From a virus: 64,000 bases of DNA. The notes under the pieces are model-generated. The model was not told where the DNA came from and did not search any database. It saw nothing but the letters and a program-made list of their open reading frames with translations. Position numbers and translations under genes: made by a program. Each line of letters begins with the position of its first letter. Position 1 is the first letter of the stretch. The stretch is from IMG/VR virus record IMGVR_UViG_3300046697_000072; one strand, written 5' to 3'. Shown piece after piece: positions 52,132 through 61,978 of the stretch.

Positions 52132-55100
52132 TTACCGTGTTACCGTGCCGCTCCCGAACACGGGCCGGTAGGTCACGACGCCAGAGACCCCCATCAGGAT
52201 CGCGGCCTCTCCTGCCCGGAGCGAGACGCTCGTCACCGGAGCGCCCAGAGTTCCGTCCGCGCTCAGAAGCTGGTACGTGCCCCCCAAGGCGATGGCCTGC
52301 GATGGCGTATCCAGTTCGGCCTCCAGGTGCAGGCTGCCCCGAAACGGCCTCATTAACACGATGCCATTCGTGAAATCCCGCCGCCATACGTTCGGGCATC
52401 CGCCGGTTGAGCAATCTCCAAGAGGAGAGTGCCCAGAGATCGCGCTGCCGTACAACCAGGGCGTCCCCCCGGTTTCATCAGCCGCACGAACGCCGGCCCT
52501 GTACCCTGCAGTGTTTGGAACACCCAGATCCACGCCCATAGCTGGAAACCAGGTGGTCCAACCCCATACGTTCGCCACGGACGGACTTGTAATGGCAGCC
52601 AAGTGCTGAGACTGAATGCAGCTTGCCGCCGCGCCAGCGAGGTACGAATTGTAGATCGGGCTTGTGGTGCTGAAAATCTTCCAGTCAGAACTGCGGATCG
52701 TGCTCACTGTTGGCTGATGTCCCGTCGTGTCCAGGGTGCCCGTGATCCAATACGCGGTCACTCCCCCTATCGAGGTAGTGGCCCAGTCGCCGGGTGGGGT
52801 GAATGTGATTGTCCCCGAGTTGTGGAGGACGTTCGTGCCGTCTGCCACTGTCAGTGCCACCTGAGCCGAACCATTCCAATAAGTCCAAGTGAGATACGCG
52901 CCACCTGACGGATCAACCACGCCGAAAGACAGGTGGCTGAACGGTGTAGAATACCCGGCCTGAATCGTGGCAGTCGGGTACGAACCCAAGAGCATGGTGG
53001 GTGATCCACCCCACGCCTGCAAAGAAACATCCCCTCCGAGGACCCGAACATAGCCAGGAGCCGATGCTTTTACCACATCCCCCGACGGTCCCAACTGCAT
53101 CACTATCCCATTTGCCTCAAACACGCTCCCCACACAAGTATCGACACTCATCAAGCTGATCGCCTTGGCGCCGGATGACGTATCTGCTGGAATAGGGGAC
53201 GCCAAAGTGGTAGGCGTGTCGTATGTGTCCACTTGATCCGTGACTAAATAGTACCCGACAATCTCTTGCCCACCGTGATACATGTACCCCGTGTTGCTGT
53301 TGGTCCCCATATAGTGCATGGCCAGGGTGAGCATAGGTGTGCGGTTCGCTCGGTCCACAAAATGCCAAGTCGCCATCGAACCATTTCCCGGACTCCAACT
53401 TGATGCCGCGTTGAGGGAACTGGTGTCATAGAATGCCGTGTATACCTTGACGTTGTTCGGGTTGTTCGCCGTCAAAAAGTCGTCGTAGTTAACACAGCAG
53501 GCCCCCCCAAACGTGTAATCCGGGAAAGGATTCCGGGTGGCTGCCGCCGAGTAATAGTTGCCCGGCATGATCGCGGTTTCGAGCAGGTTCGCATCTCCGA
53601 TCGGGTAGCCTCCCAAGAGCAAGGTCTGTCCATTGTTCGTGACCCAGAAGTTAGAGCCATGCTCAGACTTGAGGCGGGCAATCAATTCGGTGTGGAGCGC
53701 CCCCCACGCAGGCAACCAACCCTCGGTGTGATTGTAGTCCAGCGAGGCATCGGCATTCGAGGGCAGATTCGTCGCATCGTCATAAAACACGGCGTCGTAA
53801 TTGTCGGTTGGGTTGAGGGCTGAATCTACTATGTCTGCAAGCGCCCGTCCCCAAGTCCGAATGCCGCTTTGAACATCGGACGGATTGCCGTACATGTTAT
53901 TGCCGCCAGCTGTGGCGCGAGCCTGATATTGGAACTTGGCGGAAGCGGTTCCCGGTGGCGTCGGGTTGTACTCTAGGCGCGTTCCCACGTTAATCCGATT
54001 CGCGTCTGTTGCGTTCCATCCCCTGAAGGTATTGCCTGCCGACGAGACTGCCCAATCGTCACCCTTCACGGTGGAGTATATCGGAGAAACCGATGCACCG
54101 CTCACTACGATCTGCACCCAGTATTTCAGGTGAGTGGTCGTAATTGGGAATGGAGTCGTCACGTTCACCGTGAGAGTTTTCTGCGCCCAGTCCGACGGCG
54201 GATACCAGTATACCTTGCCAGAGGTCGTCAACCCCGAAGTTCCATCCGAGAGGTGACTCGATAGCGCGGTCCATGCTGAACCGTTCCAGTAATTGTAGGC
54301 CACCGTCCCACCCGTCCGGGCGGTTGTAATGGCAAAGTTCATCTGGTCGAACGGCTCCTGATAGCCAACGTATAAGGTGCTGGCTACGGTCGTGGTCGGA
54401 GAACCGAACCAGCTTCCATTCGTCACGTCGGCGTAAGCGCCGCTCGAATACGTGAACACGCCGCCGTCGTAATTTCCCCCACCCAGGTAGGGCTCGAAAG
54501 CGTCGAACCGAGTCATGTCTGATGTATACGCGGTAAGGGCTGAATCCACGTTGGCGTGGAGGTACATGTTCTCCAGTACGAATCCGTTAGTTATCGCTGT
54601 GTCTTGCGCCAAGTATCCAACCTCGGCGGTGAAGTCTGGCATGTCCTTATAAGTCGAGTAGTACGTCTTCGTGAGATTCCCGCCATGCGCATCTCCAGTA
54701 CCGCCGCCACCGAGAACCCAGTCGAAACGGCTGCCCAACCAGGTGTTGATTGTGCTCCAGAGCCCTGGCGGAGTGGTGTACTGGCCGTAGTCTACTATGG
54801 CCGTTGAGAGGTGTGGGAAATGGGGCGTGTGGGCTGCCACCGTCATCGGCGCAACCGTGAAAGGAGACGAGTAGCCGGAAGTCCCTCCGGCGGCGGTAAC
54901 GTCCATCTTCCACGATCCAGCCGTAAGGGATTGACTGTTGACGGTCAAGAGCGTCGAACTGTTGACGGTCACGCTGGAAGCTGCCGTGCAAGCTCCGCCT
55001 CCAGTCGGACAAAAGTTGACGCCCACGGGGGCAATAAAGGTGGTCCCTATGATGGAAGCGTTGAACGGAACCGACGGCCATGGAGATCCAGCCGATAGCG

Positions 55101-55815
55101 TATAGCCGCTCAGTGTAGGCGCGGCCGGCGCGACGTAGGGCTTGAACGCCGCGATCAAAGCTGCCGATGCGTTCGTGGTCGGAGAGAGCGCCCACGTCGG
55201 ATTGCGTGCGGTGGCCGTCGCTTGGATCTCATAAGCGAGACCCACTGAGTTGTTCGTGCCATTCGAGGAGGCCACATGCTGCGCGTAGTTGGAACTGAAA
55301 GGAGAATCTACACCGCTGATGTCGATGCTCTGGTACGTGCCTCCTACCGTTATCAGCAGTTCCCCGTTTCCGGCTGGCGTGAGCGTTCCAGGCTGGAGTG
55401 TTGCTCCTGTATCCTGGCCGCCGCCCGTAATCGCGTCCAACACCAGACTTGATGCCGTACCCGAAAATGCGGTCACAGCAAAACTCATGTAGGCACCATA
55501 GGTTGTGAACGTGTGGCCCGTTCCCACGCTCGTCGGAATGCTGTACCAGAGCGTCGCGTTCGCTGCCATCCCTGGTGCATGATAAGTTCCCGCGCAGGTC
55601 CATCCGTTACTCTTCGAATCGGCTACACCGTAGCTGCAATTTCCACCCGTGGTGTAGTTGGATAGACCAATGACCAGCAGGGTGGCTCCAGTGGTGTCAA
55701 TTGCAGACGTGGTAGTCGTCGCAAGGTTGCTCGGGTTCGCCACACTCGTGCTGGCCACGGGAGCGATCTGCCCCCACGCCGGAGCGCAGAGCAAGAGGAT
55801 GAGCAGGGGCCTCAT
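52132..55815 (-). CDS. very large Ser/Thr/Gly-rich protein with a signal-peptide-like N-terminus (receptor-binding or glycan-active candidate)
   Basis: MRPLLILLLCAPAWGQ. 1227 aa. ATGA coupling to the upstream gene. Confidence 0.6.
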   Translation of the reverse strand: MRPLLILLLCAPAWGQIAPVASTSVANPSNLATTTTSAIDTTGATLLVIGLSNYTTGGNCSYGVADSKSNGWTCAGTYHAPGMAANATLWYSIPTSVGTGHTFTTYGAYMSFAVTAFSGTASSLVLDAITGGGQDTGATLQPGTLTPAGNGELLITVGGTYQSIDISGVDSPFSSNYAQHVASSNGTNNSVGLAYEIQATATARNPTWALSPTTNASAALIAAFKPYVAPAAPTLSGYTLSAGSPWPSVPFNASIIGTTFIAPVGVNFCPTGGGACTAASSVTVNSSTLLTVNSQSLTAGSWKMDVTAAGGTSGYSSPFTVAPMTVAAHTPHFPHLSTAIVDYGQYTTPPGLWSTINTWLGSRFDWVLGGGGTGDAHGGNLTKTYYSTYKDMPDFTAEVGYLAQDTAITNGFVLENMYLHANVDSALTAYTSDMTRFDAFEPYLGGGNYDGGVFTYSSGAYADVTNGSWFGSPTTTVASTLYVGYQEPFDQMNFAITTARTGGTVAYNYWNGSAWTALSSHLSDGTSGLTTSGKVYWYPPSDWAQKTLTVNVTTPFPITTTHLKYWVQIVVSGASVSPIYSTVKGDDWAVSSAGNTFRGWNATDANRINVGTRLEYNPTPPGTASAKFQYQARATAGGNNMYGNPSDVQSGIRTWGRALADIVDSALNPTDNYDAVFYDDATNLPSNADASLDYNHTEGWLPAWGALHTELIARLKSEHGSNFWVTNNGQTLLLGGYPIGDANLLETAIMPGNYYSAAATRNPFPDYTFGGACCVNYDDFLTANNPNNVKVYTAFYDTSSLNAASSWSPGNGSMATWHFVDRANRTPMLTLAMHYMGTNSNTGYMYHGGQEIVGYYLVTDQVDTYDTPTTLASPIPADTSSGAKAISLMSVDTCVGSVFEANGIVMQLGPSGDVVKASAPGYVRVLGGDVSLQAWGGSPTMLLGSYPTATIQAGYSTPFSHLSFGVVDPSGGAYLTWTYWNGSAQVALTVADGTNVLHNSGTITFTPPGDWATTSIGGVTAYWITGTLDTTGHQPTVSTIRSSDWKIFSTTSPIYNSYLAGAAASCIQSQHLAAITSPSVANVWGWTTWFPAMGVDLGVPNTAGYRAGVRAADETGGTPWLYGSAISGHSPLGDCSTGGCPNVWRRDFTNGIVLMRPFRGSLHLEAELDTPSQAIALGGTYQLLSADGTLGAPVTSVSLRAGEAAILMGVSGVVTYRPVFGSGTVTR

Positions 55816-58367
55816 TGCACCTTCACTCCCTTGCAGAGGATGCACTGCTTTATAGGCGACGCGCCGGCCCCTTCCGTGATCTGGTAGACGTGCGCTCCGT
55901 ATGCGCCGAATGAATCCGTGAACGTGGAACCACTTGGCGTGATCGTGCGGCTCTCGTTGTAGACTGTCACGGTCGAAATCGGAGCGTGCCAGGTGAATGT
56001 CGGGGCCACTGTCCCGCTGGTGGTGTTGCTGGCGATCAAGGTCGGAGTCGCCCCGGACTTTACGCGCGTGTGGACGGTGGCCGTATCGTTGCTAGTCAGT
56101 TTGGTATTGTCATCCAACGCGGCGAGAGGAGTGGCTAAACCATCGATCTCTCCTATGACGTTCTTCAAATTGGTCCAGTTTGCAATCCATGTTGCATTTT
56201 GTAGACTTCGAACGGTTCCATCGAACGATCCAGAGAAGGCCGATGAGTTCACGGGTATAGTGAATGTATTGGCATCTATGACCGTAGGCCGGTAGCTCTG
56301 ATCGTTCATGGCAGACCAGCTACCAGTCGCGCCGTAAGTATAGACGTAGCTAAAATCAGCAGTCAATCCGTGCCCAGGGATAGTAAACGTCGTTACCGCT
56401 CCCTTGGTCACAGTGTCTAGTGCTGCATTCGTATCATCGACAGGCGTCCCCGTCCCAAACACTAAGTGCCCGTTGAATGTACCAGCGAAACCGGTAGAGT
56501 TTACTGGAACGGTGATATTGGATGAACTAGACGTAGCGGTAATCGTCTGCGCTCCATTCAGCGCAGTCCAATCTCCCGTAGCCCCGGTGATTGTGGCGCT
56601 GCACGTCCCCCCGCACTGCGGATGCCAAGGCGAAATAATAGTCGTTGGAGACCCAGGAGTCACAGACGTAATACCGCCTAGTTCCGTAAAGATAGAACTC
56701 AACTGCCCCGCAGACCAGTACATCAATCCATTGGCTCCGTCTGCTACTGCCATGTAGCTCATATCTCGCAGTTCGGCCTGTGTGGGCCATCTAATAGTTC
56801 CAGTAAACTGGAAGTACTGAATAACAGTCATTACTGGGCGTGATGATTGAACCGCTGACATTGCAGCAGTTGTCCATGTGCTCACTTCGTTGAGTGGGTA
56901 GCCAGATCCTTCGGCTCCAAACAGGGGGTACGGATCGGTAGCCAAAATATCCACGGTATCTCTCCACAGGGGTAGAGAGGAGTCCCCCAACTGAGCTCCG
57001 AGTATGGCCGCTCCTGGTGCCAACCTATCAGTGCGGGCCTTCGTCGCAAACGTGGTGGCTGCCACCGATGCGGCGCATTCGTCTGTACGATAGATTCCCC
57101 AAAACCCAGGCATTGCCGCCCGCGCTTCTATCTCCGCGTCTGACCCGATGTACCAAAAAAAGCTCGAACCTGGGATGCTGGTGGTTACGCAGTTATCTGT
57201 TTCTATCCACCCCACACCACTACCGTAAGTCTGGAGAGCTGCAATGAATGGGGAGGCTGCCAAGTTTGCCAAGTCTCCCATCCAGTAATTCAAATAGAGA
57301 TTCACTCCCGTGAGCCCAGACAACTCTATCGTGCTATTCAATTGGTTCAGGAAAAAGGATTCTGAGGTGCTGTACCCGCCCCCTGAGTCATACAACCCCA
57401 ACATGAACGTCGGCACACCGTTTTTCAAAATTCTCTGATTCTGGTCTGCGCTTGTCTGGAATCCGGTGCGCGTGCTCCCTGGGTATTTGTAGATCGAGTA
57501 GTATGGATACTGATTGTTGGAACTTGCGTTTCCTCCACTGGAAGTCTGAGTCAACTGAAACGACACACGGTACTCAGTGGACTCCGAGAGTGCGGCCATG
57601 TCAAAGGTTGCCGTGGTGCTGGCTAACGCGGGCCACGATCCCGCCAGAACTGTGGTTCCATCCGCTGTCTTGATTGTGCCATCAACCGTGTAGTCAGAAA
57701 GCGTCAAGTCTGTTGGATACATCCCCTGTGATGGATTTGGGACCACACTGAAAGTTGTGATCTGTGATTGATCGTCAAACAGCATCCCCTTCCAATTCGG
57801 GTACTGCATGAAGACAGAGATCGGCCTCTGCTCTTGGGTAAGTACTACATCATCGAACCAAGCCGTTCCGCTGGTGCCATTGTAGGCTGCCTCAAGACTC
57901 ACTTGGATCTGAGCCGCGCTGCCCAAGGATAACCCCGGAAGAAGTATCTCGGTCCAATCATTTGTCCCCGTTAACGCTGGCGAGGAAGTCCAGATCAATG
58001 CGTAAGGAAATGACGGAGGAGCAAATACGCTCACTCGCACTCCATTTCCCGTTATTGAGCTAGTCTTTACCCACACGCTCAAGTCATACACTCCTGCTGG
58101 CTGTGTGGAGATAGTCTGCTGAAGATTCACAACAGACCCGGAGAGGACCATCTTGGCGCTGTATGTACCAGTGTGTGCGTAATCACTAGCCACAGTAATG
58201 GCCCCCCCTCCGCCAGTCCAACCCGTGAAGTCCCCAGACTCTAATCCAGGATTGGATAGAAGGTTGGAGCTAGGAACTGCTGCGGGATAGGAAGACAGTC
58301 CGCCGGGAGTCTGTGCCAAAGCAGTGCTAGCAAGCGCCAGAAAACACAGTAATTGTTTCATAGTCAT
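55812..58367 (-). CDS. large protein with a signal-peptide-like N-terminus and a carbohydrate-binding-module-like domain
   Basis: MKQLLCFLALASTALAQ, then NPGLESGDFTGWTG (CBM4/9-style motif). Confidence 0.6.
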   Translation of the reverse strand: MTMKQLLCFLALASTALAQTPGGLSSYPAAVPSSNLLSNPGLESGDFTGWTGGGGAITVASDYAHTGTYSAKMVLSGSVVNLQQTISTQPAGVYDLSVWVKTSSITGNGVRVSVFAPPSFPYALIWTSSPALTGTNDWTEILLPGLSLGSAAQIQVSLEAAYNGTSGTAWFDDVVLTQEQRPISVFMQYPNWKGMLFDDQSQITTFSVVPNPSQGMYPTDLTLSDYTVDGTIKTADGTTVLAGSWPALASTTATFDMAALSESTEYRVSFQLTQTSSGGNASSNNQYPYYSIYKYPGSTRTGFQTSADQNQRILKNGVPTFMLGLYDSGGGYSTSESFFLNQLNSTIELSGLTGVNLYLNYWMGDLANLAASPFIAALQTYGSGVGWIETDNCVTTSIPGSSFFWYIGSDAEIEARAAMPGFWGIYRTDECAASVAATTFATKARTDRLAPGAAILGAQLGDSSLPLWRDTVDILATDPYPLFGAEGSGYPLNEVSTWTTAAMSAVQSSRPVMTVIQYFQFTGTIRWPTQAELRDMSYMAVADGANGLMYWSAGQLSSIFTELGGITSVTPGSPTTIISPWHPQCGGTCSATITGATGDWTALNGAQTITATSSSSNITVPVNSTGFAGTFNGHLVFGTGTPVDDTNAALDTVTKGAVTTFTIPGHGLTADFSYVYTYGATGSWSAMNDQSYRPTVIDANTFTIPVNSSAFSGSFDGTVRSLQNATWIANWTNLKNVIGEIDGLATPLAALDDNTKLTSNDTATVHTRVKSGATPTLIASNTTSGTVAPTFTWHAPISTVTVYNESRTITPSGSTFTDSFGAYGAHVYQITEGAGASPIKQCILCKGVKVQ

Positions 58368-58377
58368 TGTCTCATGG

Positions 58378-59124
58378 TCAGGGGTGTATGGTTATGATAA
58401 TCCCGCCACCAGTTACACTGCGATCTCCGGTCGCCGTTGCGGTATAAGCTGCCTTAGCTGATACCGCTGCGGTCTCCAACAGCACGTTTCCGGGATTAGT
58501 GGGGCTCCGTTGCTGAAAACTAATGGGCGAAGATTCTGGAGTAAAGTTTATGCACCACGGGTAATCTGGCTGGACCGCAGACAAAACCGCCACTAATGCT
58601 TCATTTGTGTAGCTGGTGGTTGCTGTGGTTCCAGTCGTGTACGTGGAAGTTGCCACAAAGGTGCTGGTGGCATACAAATCAACCGGCGATGCGGACGCCC
58701 CGCTATACTCTATGACGTTTGTTATGTAGTTTGAGTTTGTGCCGCTACAGAAAATAGACACCGTAGTAGCCCCAGTAGTTGCTACGCTTGCCCACCACGC
58801 GGCGGTCTCAGTGACGCCGGAAGTGTCCAGGTAGTCAACAATCAAATGCCAAGTCACAGCATTCGGCGTATTTGAAACCGTAAAACTAGAGCAGGTCGAG
58901 CTTGTGACGGCTCCGAAGACAAATAGTTTATAGCCGGCAGTGGGCGAGTAGCTAACGCTATCGCTGTAAGCCGACACGGAATGTGATGCGCTTCCCACGT
59001 AGGCTGGAGCTGCTGAATCGGCCGCCGTCTGATACATCCCCGGCCCCGGAAACGGGAACATCTGAAACATCGGCCCCAGGAGGGCGCGAAGCATTAGAGT
59101 TGCGATTGCGATTGTGCTGGTCAT
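58378..59124 (-). CDS. hypothetical protein with a hydrophobic N-terminus, 248 aa
   Basis: ATGA coupling at 59124. Confidence 0.5.
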   Translation of the reverse strand: MTSTIAIATLMLRALLGPMFQMFPFPGPGMYQTAADSAAPAYVGSASHSVSAYSDSVSYSPTAGYKLFVFGAVTSSTCSSFTVSNTPNAVTWHLIVDYLDTSGVTETAAWWASVATTGATTVSIFCSGTNSNYITNVIEYSGASASPVDLYATSTFVATSTYTTGTTATTSYTNEALVAVLSAVQPDYPWCINFTPESSPISFQQRSPTNPGNVLLETAAVSAKAAYTATATGDRSVTGGGIIITIHP

Positions 59125-60932
59125 CGGGTTACACTCCAATTTAAGGTTACTGCTCCTGGAACGATGGCCGTTCCTGTTTTGTTTGCCAGGCGGAAATGCA
59201 CGTAACCAGCGGTGGGCCACCAATACACAGCCAAGCCGTCTGTGGTCAGTGCTCCGTAGCCGGTGACCCCGCTAATGTCAGCATTTGGAGTGATGTAAAT
59301 TGTGTCGGTTGAAACTACTCCGGTTGCAACCACATTCGTGGCCGTGTCTTGTGCGTTCAGCGCAATTGAGGTTGTGCGAAGCGCCTGCGCTCCAGCAGCG
59401 ATCCTGATAGGGCTGTTCGGCATGATCCAATCTGTTCCGTTGTAGTAGAGCAGCACGGGCACGCTAGTTTGAAGTTCGCTTCCCAACAGAGCCGCTCCGT
59501 TGTGAAAGATCGGAACCGCGCCCCCTGAGTTGATCGCCAGCGTCATGGTTGAGGCGTTCACCGCGCCAGGAACGAACCAGATAAAATCCCCGGTGGCGAG
59601 CGTGAACGTGGGAGCTAGAGTACAGGTCTGGGCCGACGTGCTGGAAGACCCCGTGCAGGTCATCGGCACCGTGATGTTATGCGCTGTAGCTGCCACAGGA
59701 GCGCCATAGGCCCCAGTCCCAACAAGATTAGCCGAAGCGGGCACCGCAACCGCAGTAGGGGCAGCCGCGCCGCTGGTGTTGTTCAGCAGTTCGGTGGCGC
59801 TGGCCTGTGTTGCTAAATTCGTGAGCGGCACTGTCGGCGTGCAGGATGTACCGCTCGTGCAGGTTGTTCCGTAAACGCTCACGGTCGGATTCGACTTGTG
59901 AACCACGCCCGCGGGGGTGATGTAATCCACCCACTGGTTACTCGTGGCACTGGATTCGGGTGCCACCATCGTGCCGGTTAGAACGCTTGAGGCATTTAGG
60001 TACTGCGGCATGTGGGCCGTTGAATCCAGATAGACTGTCGGAACCGTAACCGTAGGAGCGGCCTCTTCCAGTCCCTGCAATAGCAGAGCCGTGCTCGATC
60101 CAGTGCTGAACCCTCCATCGGCCTCAATGATTCCGCTGACGTTGATGTTCCCTGTCTGCTGTGTGCCAGGAGCAGAGGATTGCAGGTTCACGCCAGCGAC
60201 AGACCCTGTTGGCACTACGAACGCCGAACCGTTCCACGAACACATGGAATAGGTGGGTATCGTGCCGCCACCCGTTGGAGGACATGCCCCGGCTACGGTG
60301 GCATCCGTAAACAACATCGTGTCACCGGCAGACGGAGATCCGGGCTTGCTCCCGAAAACGCCACGATAAGTGAAGCCTGTGCCGTTCGTGCCCGCTGCAC
60401 CGTTCGTTCCGTTCGTGCCATTGGTCCCGTTGCTGCCTGCCGCTCCAGTTGTGCCCATCGCGCCCGTCGTTCCGGTAGCGCCCTGTATGCCTTGGATTCC
60501 CTGAATACCTTGCGAACCTGTTGCGCCAGCCGCACCCTGTGGCCCAACCAACGACGTGCAGGTCCCTGGCCACGCCCCCGCCGCCTTGGGGCCGTACATG
60601 CAAGTGGTGTCGGTCTTCAGGTAGAAGTCCCCGTTGTTTCCCCCGGATGGCGCACCGGTCCCATTGAGGATCGAGTTTCCGTTGGTTCCGTTCGTTCCAT
60701 TCCCGGCGATGACTTCCCAGGAATAACTTCCTGACCCAACTTGGGAGCACCCGTAGAGGCTGGCATTCGCCGCTTGGGTGTTTTTCCGGTAGTAGACCTT
60801 CCCTACGTCACTGATGGTTCCACAGCCGCCCGATGGGGCCCCCGTGCCACTTGTGATCCTCTGTGCCGTCGAAGTGAACTGCGCCAACACCGGGGTGGAC
60901 AGGAACAGGATTGTTGCCAGTAAGCGTTTCAT
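59121..60932 (-). CDS. collagen-like-repeat fibre protein with a signal-peptide-like N-terminus
   Basis: MKRLLATILFLSTPVLAQ. About 19 G-X-Y triplets. SD GAGGTG. Confidence 0.65.
   Translation of the reverse strand: MKRLLATILFLSTPVLAQFTSTAQRITSGTGAPSGGCGTISDVGKVYYRKNTQAANASLYGCSQVGSGSYSWEVIAGNGTNGTNGNSILNGTGAPSGGNNGDFYLKTDTTCMYGPKAAGAWPGTCTSLVGPQGAAGATGSQGIQGIQGIQGATGTTGAMGTTGAAGSNGTNGTNGTNGAAGTNGTGFTYRGVFGSKPGSPSAGDTMLFTDATVAGACPPTGGGTIPTYSMCSWNGSAFVVPTGSVAGVNLQSSAPGTQQTGNINVSGIIEADGGFSTGSSTALLLQGLEEAAPTVTVPTVYLDSTAHMPQYLNASSVLTGTMVAPESSATSNQWVDYITPAGVVHKSNPTVSVYGTTCTSGTSCTPTVPLTNLATQASATELLNNTSGAAAPTAVAVPASANLVGTGAYGAPVAATAHNITVPMTCTGSSSTSAQTCTLAPTFTLATGDFIWFVPGAVNASTMTLAINSGGAVPIFHNGAALLGSELQTSVPVLLYYNGTDWIMPNSPIRIAAGAQALRTTSIALNAQDTATNVVATGVVSTDTIYITPNADISGVTGYGALTTDGLAVYWWPTAGYVHFRLANKTGTAIVPGAVTLNWSVTR
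60375..60545 (-). repeat. collagen-like Gly-X-Y tract coding region
   Basis: GPQGAAGATGSQGIQGIQGIQGATGTTGAMGTTGAAGSNGTNGTNGTNGAAGTNG. Confidence 0.85.
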
Positions 60933-60939
60933 GGTCACC

Positions 60940-61263
60940 TCACAGGAGCCCGTACAAGTACTGAACGCCGTCCCCGGAATTGTCCAAATCAACGTAGACG
61001 GTCCTCAGGTCGTAATCATGAACCGGCCATGCGACACTCGCATCTCCGGGGTGGATCGGGCATCCGGAGCCGGAAGGGATCGCCCCGGAATCAGCAGCAT
61101 TGGGGACCCCGCCGATCCGGACTTCTCCGACGTTCGCTACCCCGCCTACAACACGGGGAAAGAACGTGATCCATGTTGCCGGGACGGGATTCAGACCCGA
61201 GGCTAAAGGAACGGCGGTTCCAGGGGTGGTGGAAGTTTTGAAGCCGTGATACAGTGCGGCCAT
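60940..61263 (-). CDS. hypothetical protein, 107 aa (first gene of the leftward operon)
   Basis: SD GGTGAGG. Confidence 0.5.
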   Translation of the reverse strand: MAALYHGFKTSTTPGTAVPLASGLNPVPATWITFFPRVVGGVANVGEVRIGGVPNAADSGAIPSGSGCPIHPGDASVAWPVHDYDLRTVYVDLDNSGDGVQYLYGLL

Positions 61264-61330
61264 AGGTATACCTCACCCCGATGCTACACCTTATTTAGCT
61301 TGATTTCAAGTGCTTGAGCGGGTAATTCTG

Positions 61331-61486
61331 TCAGGCTGCGGCTGCGGAGTCCAACGTTGCACAAGCCAACGCCGACTCGGTGTCTTCCCGCTTCTGCTCA
61401 GGATCGAACGGGACGGACAGGGCTTCGGCCAGGAGAGTGATCTCGTCCTCGTCGTAGTCGAGTTTTCGTAGCCAGTGCCGATCCAT
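61331..61486 (-). CDS. small acidic protein, 51 aa
   Basis: G/C-rich third positions. Product MDRHWLRKLDYDEDEITLLAEALSVPFDPEQ.. Contains a palindrome copy. Confidence 0.45.
   Translation of the reverse strand: MDRHWLRKLDYDEDEITLLAEALSVPFDPEQKREDTESALACATLDSAAAA
61349..61362. repeat. palindrome copy GTCCAACGTTGCAC
   Basis: Inside small ORF 61331-61486. Confidence 0.95.
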
Positions 61487-61782
61487 ACAAACTACCATCT
61501 TGACTACTAGGATATACCCACGATCATGTGGTTGTCAAGGGGTTTGTGGCGGGAGGGTATTCCGGGAGCGGGTGGCATAAGTCTGGGATCGGCCCATTAT
61601 GCTCACCCGCCCTATTACACCTACTTGCGTTACGTCGCGTGAGGTTATCGAACCGGGGTACGGATCATCGCTCGTGTCGAGGGCCACTACCGTTTCGCAA
61701 GGGCGCAGAGCCGTGAGGACGCGCTTGCCCGCTAACAGGGGGACTCCAAAACCGTAGCTCCCCAGATACCCCAGCAAGTACG

Positions 61783-61811
61783 ATTCTACGGCAACCCCGG
61801 TTTTATGTCAA
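61783..61811 (-). promoter_or_regulatory. promoter AAAAAACTCTTGACA-17-TAGAAT (leftward)
   Basis: Minus strand: -35 at 61811-61806 and -10 at 61788-61783. Confidence 0.55.
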
Positions 61812-61823
61812 GAGTTTTTTCGC

Positions 61824-61853
61824 TTGACAGCGGAAACCGGGCGGGTGTAGTAT
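61824..61853 (+). promoter_or_regulatory. promoter TTGACA-18-TAGTAT (rightward), back-to-back with the leftward one
   Basis: -35 at 61824-61829 and -10 at 61848-61853. Confidence 0.5.
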
Positions 61854-61978
61854 CGAAGTGTCTGCCGGTCGCGCAAACCGGCAGACACTCTGGGTCCGGG
61901 ACGGGTCAAGAGTTTCAGTGGGTCCAGCGGGGCGGCTCCATACGCCCCGCCCCCACAACCACATGGAGGTGGTTGACG

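Noticed and set aside
61535-61777. 80-aa minus-strand ORF downstream of the leftward promoter, also checked for a tRNA-like GGTTCGATAACC.
   Set aside because: No T-stem pairing, so it is not a tRNA. Third positions are moderately G/C-rich, but there is a TTG start, no SD and an unremarkable sequence. Left as uncertain rather than called.
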